NCBI RefSeq assembly: GCF_000181795.1
Contig: NW_003526948.1
Coordinates: 2,210,128 to 2,230,127, forward strand
Direction: 5' to 3'
Source: Trichinella spiralis
Taxonomy: Eukaryota
DNA length: 20,000 nucleotides
The position numbers and the translations under genes are program-made. The notes under the pieces are model-generated. The model was given only the letters and a program-made list of their open reading frames with translations. It had not been told where the DNA came from and did not search any database. Below, piece by piece: positions 11,016-20,000 of the stretch. The first letter of the stretch is position 1. Each line of letters starts with the position of its first letter.

Positions 11016-11965
11016 GCCTGTACGGTTTCAATATAAAACCTTTCCCACTCTTCAATGGCTTACGTCAACACCACACACCGTTTTTAATCTTCCTGTCGAT
11101 GCTGCCAACGTGCTAGATTAATTTGGCATCAACAAGCAATTAAACAGTCAAGAACATAAGAATATGTAAGTGAACAAATGCTTTAATGATTATTGTTATG
11201 ATTCTCATTAGTGTGATTTGACAACTCTGAACGAGCAGTGAAACCAAACATAAAATGCACAGTGTGAAATAATGCGCTTCCAGATTGAAAAGCATTATAA
11301 TATGTACACACATTTTTGGGGTTGCTTTAGAAAAAGTGTCATATATTGCAAAAAAATAACGAAACCCTACAAATTAAATTACAATGTTCACTGACATAAA
11401 TAAGTTAATGAATTTTATTTTTATACATGCTTTCTTGTTGTGGTTAGTTTCTCTGTTGCTGCCAAATACAGTTACTTAGCCCGTTTCGCCACTTTAAGCC
11501 AGTAGCCACGCACTTGTTTTTCTCTTATTACTGCTCACTGTTAATATTGATTGTTTCAACTTTATTATTATTATAAGAGAAACAAATCGTTGCAACTTGT
11601 CTGTCAGCAAAATAATAATAATAATAATGAAAATATTGTGACATTGATCAATTTGTGCCTGACAAATTATTGAAATGACAAATAATAAAGTGAAAATGAG
11701 AAATTAATAAAATGGGGGAAAATTTTGAATGAAAATGAAACAAGATTGTAGTTGTGGAAAGTGAGTGAAAGAGTATAGAAAGTTGAATGAGAGTGAGTTT
11801 TTATTTATGTTAAACTGGCGCAATCTACTTATTCAGCAGAGCCAAATAAATTTTAAATTTAACAGAGATATTTTTTTAAAAGTGAAAACTGAAAGAAAGC
11901 AAACACATGTACGTGAGTGCATACGTTTGGTGAAAAACAATTGCTGCTTTCAGTTATTCCTATTA

Positions 11966-12001
<36 letters not shown>
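11966..12001 (+). repeat. (TAT)12 microsatellite
   Basis: Perfect trinucleotide run; it explains the poly-Y and poly-N ORFs here. Confidence 0.95.
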
Positions 12002-12002
<1 letters not shown>

Positions 12003-12532
12003 GAAGATTGATCCAAAGTTCTGATCTGAGAAAGGAAGGAAAGGAAATGAAATGAAGGAAGACAAAATAGTAGAAGAATAAACAATGATCAAAATTTGTT
12101 AAAAAGAATATCGATTTATTTAAAAATTACTTTGAAAAAAGAACTAATATATTCAAAAAAATTCCAAGAACTCACGTGAAATAATTTGAAATTTGGTAAA
12201 ATGTTAATAAAACATACATGTGATCATGTAACATTCAAACAACAAATATAGATGTAAATGAATAAATAAGTAAATAAATGTTTTAAGACTCGATCACCGA
12301 TGTAAAGTATTGAACAGGGAAATTTTTAAATATAAAAAAAAGGTAATTGGATACAGAAATGGCATCTAANNNNNNNNNNNNNNNNNNNNNNNNNNNNNNN
12401 NNNNNNNNNNNNNNNNNNNNNNNNNNNNNNNNNNNNNNNNNNNNNNNNNNNNNNNNNNNNNNNNNNNNNNNNNNNNNNNNNNNNNNNNNNNNNNNNNNNN
12501 NNNNNNNNNNNNNNNNNNNNNNNNNNNNNNNN

Positions 12533-12760
12533 GGGGGGCGCCAGGAAGCAGGTGGGGGGGCGGCCAGGAAGCGGTTGGAGGCCCACAGGAGGCAGTGGGG
12601 GGCCCACGGGAAAGCGGAACAAGGGGAGGACAAAAGTTCGGGGGCCCCCAATTTCTGTAGGTGGGGGATGGGGATTATTTGGGAAAGGGGGGGAGGTTTT
12701 CCCCATAGTTGGAATTTAAGTTAACGGCCCAACCTTCCGGGGGGGAGGTTTGGAATTAAT
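12533..12760. repeat. G-rich degenerate minisatellite-like stretch at a contig start, probably low-quality sequence
   Basis: Recurring GCC(CA)CAGGAAGC(A/G)GT-GGGGG-type units of ~20 bp with expanded homopolymers directly after a 163-N gap. Confidence 0.5.
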
Positions 12761-12819
12761 GCAGTACTTGGGGTCTTTCACGGCAGCAAAAATTTATGTA
12801 GGCAACTGCTTTCATGTGT

Positions 12820-13370
12820 GGAAATAATTTTTGGATTTTTGTTCATTTTGCAATTTTTGTTTTTCTTTCCTTTTAAATAGTTTAATTTTATACCATTTCC
12901 ATTGCAAATTCTTTTTATTTTATTTTTATTTTTCATTTTATTCTCATTCATTTAAACTTAATTTTTCCCTACTTTATACATTATTGAATTTTAATCTTAT
13001 TTTTTATACTTATTTATTTACTTATTTTTTTATATTTATTTATTTTATATTTTATATCTTATTTACTTTACAATTTTAATTTTGTAATTTTTGTTTTTAT
13101 TTACTTGCATAGCTTAATTTGGTACCATTTCAAAGCACATTTTTTTTACTTTATTTTATTTTTCAAACAGTTAAACTTCAAACATTCATTCAAACTTTAT
13201 TTTCCCTTTCTTTATTTTATACATTTTATTCATTTTTTAATTTCTCCTATTATTTCTTTTGATTTCTTTGATTTTCACTTTTTTTCTTCTTATATTGTAC
13301 ATTTGCATGTTTTTTTTTCATTTTATGTCTCCAAATATTTTTTCTCTGATTCTTTTATTTTGAGTTTGAC
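12820..13370 (+). repeat. T-rich low-complexity tract
   Basis: Strong T skew with almost no G; produces spurious Phe-rich ORFs. Confidence 0.85.
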
Positions 13371-13517
13371 TTTGTAAAACCTCTGACACATGAAAAGCAT
13401 TGTATACAAATAAGTAAACACGTAACAAACCATGGAAAAGTAATGCACATGGACAAGAAAGAAGACAAGTGGAGAAAGCCAAGATCGGTGAAAGGTTGTG
13501 GATAGGTTGGATCGAAT

Positions 13518-13585
13518 CGTTTGTTGGTCAATTGCGTTTGTTGGTCCATTGCGTTTGTTGGTCCATTGCGTTCGTTGGTCAAGTG
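13518..13585 (+). repeat. 17-bp minisatellite, 4 copies
   Basis: CGTTTGTTGGTCAATTG, CGTTTGTTGGTCCATTG x2, CGTTCGTTGGTCAAGTG. Confidence 0.95.
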
Positions 13586-13976
13586 AGGTAAGTATTGGCA
13601 CGTTGGAGAAGATACGATTTGGCAAAGTCGAGTGTAGAAAGCTTCTTCATTACAAAGACACAATACACAGACGTAACAAAAGACCAATACTGCGTTATTT
13701 CTTAACGATGATGCTCATGTAGGATTAGTTAAAAAGGGAAAAATCATGTTTGCCATTACTAGTTGCCAGCCAGCAATATTAATTAGTTTATAGGAACAAA
13801 AACAAAACAGTTAAAATGGGGGAAAAATCAAATAATACACGTAATACATGTAAATTAATAATCTATTTAAAAGTAAGAAAAAAAATTTTTTTCTTTTTAA
13901 TATAAACCAAGAACATGCAACACCACCACATTCTTTATTAATGAAAAAGTTTATTTTTCAAAAAAANNNNNNNNNN

Positions 13977-15350
13977 ATGAATTTGTTGTTAAAAGTTGCG
14001 TGGTTTTACCTAATTAATGTACAATTAAAATGCATTATAACATTGCTTTTTTCACATACTATACCGGTGGTGTGTCGCTTCGCATTTCGTCCAAAATTTG
14101 GCCGCGTAGTCTCTTTTCGCTCACGCCAAACGTGATTGGTAGATACAGAATTTTCAAATGCTCGATGGTCTCTTTTCGCTCACGCAGAACTGATTGCTTG
14201 GCATGGAATTTTCCAATTGCTCGACGGAGTCTCTTTTAGCTCACGCCAGCTGTTATTTACAAACGAGATTCGTCTAATAAAGACTCGTCAATTTTTCAAT
14301 AAAAAGTGCTTTCTGTGAATCTGTTGTTTCGAGTTGCGTGACTTTATCTAATTAATTTACAATTAAAATGCATTATAACTCATATTGTTTTTTATCATTG
14401 CTTTCTAAACATCCTAATTATTGTTGAATTATCGATGAAAACAGAAAAAAACATGCAATTAATCTCAGTTTCAGGTGACGTCATTTAACTCATTAAGCAG
14501 GAAGTCAATGCATCCAATATTGCATTTATATTCTGAATTTTAATGAATTCTAATACCTACATCACCACAGATATATACGAATTCATTTGGAGAAACGACC
14601 ACCAAACACACAATGGACAGGGCCATTGTGTATTGAGAAGTGTTTATATGTTTGGCAAAGCTCCAATTAAATTTTCTCCACAAACAGAGAGCATTAAGTA
14701 AATAAAGAGCAATGAAAAATGTACAGTAGCCATATTTATCAGCAGAAATGAATAAAATAAAAATTTGCATGCGAGTTCGTTGGCCTTGTTGACCTAATAG
14801 AAATCATTTCAGTTTGAGGCCGTCCGTGGATGGTAGCACAGCGTTTTGATTGGAAAATTGACTGAAGACAAACATTGAATCCAAGCATTATTTTTGCTTT
14901 TTATTCATTATTATTTTTTGGAATAATTTCTGAAAAATAATTTTTCAATCAATATCCAAAGACAATGAACATTAACGGTGAGAAGAAGACGAATTTAGCA
15001 GTAAGTGGAAGCTTTTTCATTTTTAAGCTTTAATTAGCTAACAATATAATTGAGAATCGATATTGAGCATAATTTCTCAGTATATTCTATAAAGAATTCT
15101 CAAAATTAGATAATAGGTGACATAATAAACGCCAAATTTCCGTACAATTAAGATTCATTAAATACACCTTGTACGCATTGTTTATCTATTATTAAAATAT
15201 GGTCTTTCAAAAATCACCTTTGCAATAGCTAACATGTACTTTCAATTGACCATAAGTAAGATTTTGCCCGCTAATTGTTCACTTAAAAATTAGCTTCATT
15301 TCAGCTATTTGGTTTTCTAAATTAACAAACTTTTTCAGAAATACGTAAGT
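13977..15350 (-). repeat. Modular inverted-repeat arm, copy X
   Basis: 13977-14539 is the reverse complement of 16823-17376; 14279-15350 is repeated directly at 15361-16438. Contains three GCTCACGC motifs (14119, 14178, 14239). Confidence 0.9.
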
Positions 15351-15360
15351 NNNNNNNNNN

Positions 15361-16812
15361 AAAGACTTCGTCAAATTTTGCAATAAAAAGTGCGTTTCCG
15401 GTAAATCTGGTGTTCGAATTGGCGTGACATTTATCTAATTAAATTACAATTAAAAATGCATTATAACTCATATTGTTTTTTATCATTGCTTTCTAAACAT
15501 CCTAATTATTGTTGAATTATCGATGAAAACAGAAAAAAACATGCAATTAATCTCAGTTTCAGGTGACGTCATTTAACTCATTAAGCAGGAAGTCAATGCA
15601 TCCAATATTGCATTTATATTCTGAATTTTAATGAATTCTAATACCTACATCACCACAGATATATACGAATTCATTTGGAGAAACGACCACCAAACACACA
15701 ATGGACAGGGCCATTGTGTATTGAGAAGTGTTTATATGTTTGGCAAAGCTCCAATTAAATTTTCTCCACAAACAGAGAGCATTAAGTAAATAAAGAGCAA
15801 TGAAAAATCTACAGTAGCCATATTTATCAGCAGAAATGAATAAAATAAAAATTTGCATGCGAGATCGTTGGCTTTGTTGACCTAATAGAAATCATTTCAG
15901 TTTGAGGCCGTCCGTGGATGGTAGCTCAGCGTTTTGATGGGAAAATTGACTGAAGACAAACATTGAATCCAAGCACTATTTTTGCTTTTTATTCATTATT
16001 ATTTTTTGGAATAATTTCTGAAAAATAATTTTTCAATCAATATCCAAAGACAATGAACATTAACGATGAGAAGATGACGAATTTAGCAGTAAGTGGCAGC
16101 TTTTTCATTTTTAAGCTTTAATTAGCTAACAATATAATTGAGAATCGATATTGAGCATAATTTCTCAGTATATTCTATAAAGAATTCTCAAAATTAGATA
16201 ATAGGTGACATAATAAACGCCAAATTTCCGTACAATTAAGATTCATTAAATACACCTTGTACGCATTGTTTATCTATTATTAAAATATGGTCTTTCAAAA
16301 ATCACCTTTGCAATAGCTAACATGTACTTTCAATTGACCATAAGTAAGCTTTTGCCCGCAAATTGTTCACTTAAAAATTAGCTTTATTTCAGCTATTTGG
16401 TTTTCTAACTTAACAAAATTTTTCAGAAATACGTAAGTGTGTTTTGTCTAAGTGAATTTTGTTTTGCTATGGCGTTTTTTGTCAGATAGTTTATATTTTG
16501 ACTGAATTGTAAACGTCAAGGTCATTTTTAAATTTTCAAATAGTCCTTTCTTTATTGATAGAATTTAGCAGTGCATTTCTTCTGCTCATATTATGGCTTA
16601 GGTTAGACTTCATCTTCAGCCAAAAGTTCTAACGCACTAAAAATCGGTTTCCAACGCTGCATTATGCAAATAACTATCGCTATAACGCTGCCTTATCATC
16701 AGTAAAGGGTGGCGTTTGTTTGTTTTAATTTACGTGGGCATTAATAGCATCGTCTGAACGTCTCTGAGTTTCTTACGGGCGGTTAGGAGCTGGTGGAAGG
16801 GCGGGTTCATAA
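15361..16812 (-). repeat. Modular inverted-repeat arm, copy Y (outer part; contig possibly misoriented)
   Basis: 15361-16438 matches 14279-15350 with about 14 substitutions counted by eye in the clean part. Its start is the reverse complement of 16823-17083. 16439-16812 is unique in the window. Confidence 0.8.
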
Positions 16813-16822
16813 NNNNNNNNNN

Positions 16823-17790
16823 AAATCAGAATATAAATGCAATATGATGCATGACTCTGCTATGAGTTAAATGACGTCACCTGAAACTGAGATTAATGCA
16901 TGTTTTTTCTGTTTTCATCGATAATTCAACAATAATTAGGATGTTTAGAAAGCAATGATAAAAAACAATATGAGTTATAATGCATTTTAATTGTAAATTA
17001 ATTAGATAAAGTCACGCAATTCGAAACAACAGATTCACAGAAAGCACTTTTTATTGAAAAATTGACGAGTCTTTATTAGACGAATCTCGTTTGTAAATAA
17101 CAGCTGGCGTGAGCTAAAAGAGACTCCGTCGAGCAATTGGAAAATTCCATGCCAAGCAATCAGTTCGGCGTGAGCGAAAAGAGACCATCGAGCATTTGAA
17201 AATTCTGTATCTACCAATCACGTTTGGCGTGAGCGAAAAGAGACTACGCGGCCAAATTTTGGACGAAATGCGAAGCGACACACCACCGGTCTAGTATGTG
17301 AAAAAAGCAATGTTATAATGCATTTTAATTGTACATTAATTAGGTAAAATCACGCAACTCGAAACAACAGATTCATAGAAAGCACTTTTTATTGAAGAAT
17401 AAGGATTACAAACACGTAAACGGTAAAAAAATGTAAAAGTAAGTTGTAATAATACAAAAAATATGCAAATTTAAGGTGGTTCAACAAAATATACAGTAAT
17501 ATTGAGTGTAATGTATCACAATAATGTGAGCGGCAGATCTTCTGATCAACGCGCTGTTCTCATATCCGGATTCATTCGACGAGTCTCGTTTGTAAATAAC
17601 GGCTGGCGTGAGCTAAAAGAGACTCCATCGAGCAATTAAAAAATTCCGTGCCAAGCAGTCATGTTCTGCGTGAGCGAAAAGAGACCATCGAGCAATTGAA
17701 ATTCCCGTATGTACCAATCACATTTGGCGTGAGCGAAAAGAGACTACTCGAACGAATGTTGGACGCAATGCTAAGCGACACACCGCCACG
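16823..17790 (+). repeat. Left inner arm built from tandem modules
   Basis: Motif block 17080-17300 repeats at 17578-17790 (~498-bp period); AT block 16974-17057 repeats at 17312-17396. GCGTGAGCKAAAAGAGAC occurs at 17107, 17168, 17227, 17606, 17668 and 17727. Confidence 0.92.
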
Positions 17791-17794
17791 CTAA

Positions 17795-17830
17795 TATAAA
17801 AGCAGCCGTGGCAGACGAGCGAGCGCAGTT
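17795..17830 (+). promoter_or_regulatory. Pol II core promoter: TATA box plus initiator
   Basis: TATAAAAG at 17795-17802 and GCAGTT with its A at 17827 (32 nt from the TATA start); CCAAT at 17714. Confidence 0.7.
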
Positions 17831-17901
17831 CTCGTTTGACGTTGTGTTCTTTGCGGTGGTTGCGTTGCACCGTTCATGTGTCTGAGTGTGCGGACGTGTT
17901 T

Positions 17902-17961
17902 GTGAGAATATTTTTTTAATGATCATTTTCATCCTGCGTATTACACATATTATATGTGCAG
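17902..17961 (+). other. Predicted 60-nt GT-AG intron
   Basis: GTGAGA donor, AT-rich body, TGCAG acceptor; ATG follows at 17966. Confidence 0.55.
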
Positions 17962-17984
17962 GTAGATGGGTTCCAGCGAAAACG

Positions 17985-18061
17985 GCAAGTAGTGGTATAT
18001 TGCTGGTTAATCCATTCGTGTATTCGATTGGTGGATAATCGCACTAAAGTAGTTTTGTCAG
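17985..18061 (+). other. Predicted 77-nt GC-AG (or mutated GT-AG) intron
   Basis: G|GCAAGT donor, CTAA branch-like site, TTTTGTCAG acceptor. Splicing joins MGSSEN in frame to VEQRSTTRNVKKIQLTAQKFEMKKR*. Confidence 0.4.
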
Positions 18062-18502
18062 TGGAACAAAGATCAACCACTAGAAATGTGAAAAAAATCC
18101 AGTTGACAGCGCAGAAGTTTGAAATGAAGAAGAGATGACGTCTCAATGATTGATGGAAAGTCATTTTATAGAAAAATTTGATTATGCTTCATTCATCGTG
18201 ATGACTAGTAGTTATTTAAGGCATCACTTGTTGGGAGTTTTGCGTGTCCACTACTATTATTTTTACCAGCATGTGTTATTTTATCTTCATTGTTGTCACT
18301 CTACGGATATGCACATGTGGATGCGTTGCAGCGAAGTCAGCAAATGAAGATCCAACAGTTAGACTGTTCAGAAGCGGAAATTATGCTCCGTGGTAGAAAA
18401 TGGACGCGTACTGGACGTACGTGCTGTCACGTCTGACATTCCAGCTAAAGATTTCTAAATTCCACAGCATCAAGCAATCGACCGAAGAATAAAACCGCAC
18501 TC

Positions 18503-19012
18503 TTGATGCAGATCAAGCGCTGCTTTCCATGGAGACGTCCACTGACTTCGTTAGGGCCCCCAGAAGATGCTGTGGTTTGTGCATGCCATCGTTGCGCGGG
18601 CTGTACGCGTACCAAAAGTACCCGCACCGAACTGTTGAATCTTTGCCAATCGCAGTTCGGTGCCATCCGTAGAATGTACCATGAATTGCGGGAAAAAGAT
18701 GCAGTATTGCAAAATGTTGAAGATCCGAACATGCGAGCCGAGTTGGAAAGAGAATTTGAAGAAGAAAGCGCTTCCACAAAACGTCACACCATCTGCGTTG
18801 TGCGACTGATTGGCAAGTTGTTCGTGAAGAAAATGATCACCCTGACCATACTTTGTGAGGGTTTTATGAACAGAGTTCTATACGTAGTGACTCGGTACTG
18901 TTTCACTTGGTGGACATGCGGGCACGCCGCTCACGCTTCATCAGTTACACAGCTAAAATTTATAATATTGGAATTGATAATATCTACTGCCAGAAGCAGA
19001 ATGGCTTTATAG
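18503..19012 (+). pseudogene. Divergent eIF4G-like MIF4G-domain gene, apparently disrupted
   Basis: 18632-18880 encodes LLNLCQSQF...MRAELEREFEEESASTKRHTICVVRLIGKLFVKKMITLTIL, matching eIF4G LLNRCQKEF...[41 protein letters not shown] in motif and spacing. QLKFIILELI (18950) resembles RIRFMLQDVL. The intervening helices are shortened or shifted in frame, and the N-terminal half is not intact. Confidence 0.75.
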
Positions 19013-19496
19013 TTTATAGCAAAAAGTGTAATAGGGTCGGCAACGGCGAGTCGTTGAAGAAAATCGCTGGAAATTTTTGTGCAGTTAGGTCGTATACCTA
19101 TAATTCGCACACAATTGCTGGCTTAGGTTTAAAAGGTACAAGGGTAGGTTGCTCAGTTTCTCTATTTACTTATTGTGTTTTGCAGGTGTATGTTAAAAAG
19201 CTTTGGTTGCGGTGGACACCCACTGGCCCGGCTGTCCTGCTCCCTTGTACTCCACTACAGTCCTATTACTTGGACCTCCGGCTTCTCAGCCTCGAATCCC
19301 CCCTGCCTGACGCTCCAACTTTCAGTTGAGATTTCGACCCAGCTATGTGGACGATCGATCCACCCTCGTCGGTTCGCACACCATCCGCCGTCAAAGACGA
19401 AGCCGTTCTAACTTGACGCATAGCTGCCTTATGGCTAAAATTTATCAACGTTGGGCGGCTCTGTTCTCGTTGTCGCAGGAATAACGAAATTGCTGT

Positions 19497-20000
19497 CATA
19501 CATTACACTAATATTACTGTACATTCTGATAACCACCTTAAATTTGCATAATTTTTGTCTTATTACAACTTATTTTTACATTTTTATACCTTTTACGTGT
19601 TTGTTATACTTATTTCTCAAGAAAAAGTACTTTTTGTGAATCTGTTGTTTCGAGTTGCGTGATTTTACCTAATTAATTTACAATTAAAATGCATTATAAC
19701 TCATATTGTATTTACATTGCGTTTTTTTACATACTAGACCGGTGGTGTGTCGCTTCGCATTTCGTCCAAAATTTGCCCGCGTAGTCTCTTTTTCGCTCAC
19801 GCCAAATGTGATTGGGTAGATACAGAATTTTGAATTGGTCAATGGTCTCTGTTCTCTCACACCAGCCGTGAATTACTGACGAGAATCGTCGAATGAATCC
19901 GGATATGATAACTTCGCGTTGATCAGAAGATCTGCCGCTCCCGTTATGCGAAACAGTACATTCAGTATGAGTGCATATTCTTGTTGACCCTCCCTAAACT
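19497..20000 (-). repeat. Right inner arm (inverted relative to 17200-17610); runs off the window
   Basis: 19497-19830 is a diverged reverse complement of ~17200-17516, and 19855-20000 of ~17468-17612 (e.g. GATCAGAAGATCTGCCGCTC vs GAGCGGCAGATCTTCTGATC). Confidence 0.9.

Noticed and set aside
12283..12724. Pro/Gly-rich ORFs of 122-126 aa
   Set aside because: They span a 163-N gap and low-quality G-rich sequence.
11765..13722. Poly-Y/N, Phe-rich and repeat-containing ORFs
   Set aside because: Explained by the TAT microsatellite, the T-rich tract and the 17-bp minisatellite.
14136..17217. Identical or near-identical short ORFs (14136-14318/17035-17217; 14540-14770/15628-15858) as a gene family
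   Set aside because: Identity simply follows from DNA repeat copies; no recognisable domain.
17101..17745. CRISPR-like appearance (conserved 18-bp motif with ~42-bp spacers)
   Set aside because: Spacers resemble each other and recur between modules; no cas genes; eukaryotic context.
18445..18787. Minus-strand ORFs overlapping the MIF4G-like frame
   Set aside because: Antisense shadows with no recognisable motif.
18503..19012. The host's functional eIF4G gene
   Set aside because: Too divergent, lacks the intact N-terminal MIF4G helices and the MA3/W2 continuation, and appears internally deleted or frameshifted; no gene symbol assigned.

Overview
AT-rich eukaryotic DNA, probably invertebrate (inferred from ~60-nt introns, a TATA + CAGT initiator and TATCGATA sites). 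It comes from a draft assembly with seven N gaps and error-prone contig ends. No intact conserved protein gene, rRNA, tRNA or CRISPR array is visible, and most listed ORFs are compositional noise. Main content: (1) a large modular inverted-repeat system (13977-20000) whose arms carry ~60-bp-spaced GCGTGAGCKAAAAGAGAC motifs and enclose a TATA/Inr promoter, two short introns and a decayed eIF4G-like MIF4G-domain gene; (2) a decayed W2-domain-like frame (eIF4G/eIF5/eIF2B-epsilon/BZW type) on the minus strand at ~3350-3777, just downstream of a CCAAT/octamer tandem array; (3) a heavily decayed PIF/Harbinger-like transposase at ~1265-2720; (4) dispersed repeats, micro/minisatellites, gap-flanking duplications and two GC-rich hairpin-dense islands. 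The most interesting hypothesis is a mobile or virus-like region carrying stand-alone translation-initiation-factor domains behind repeat-built promoters. All protein assignments are by-eye motif comparisons from memory, not database hits.
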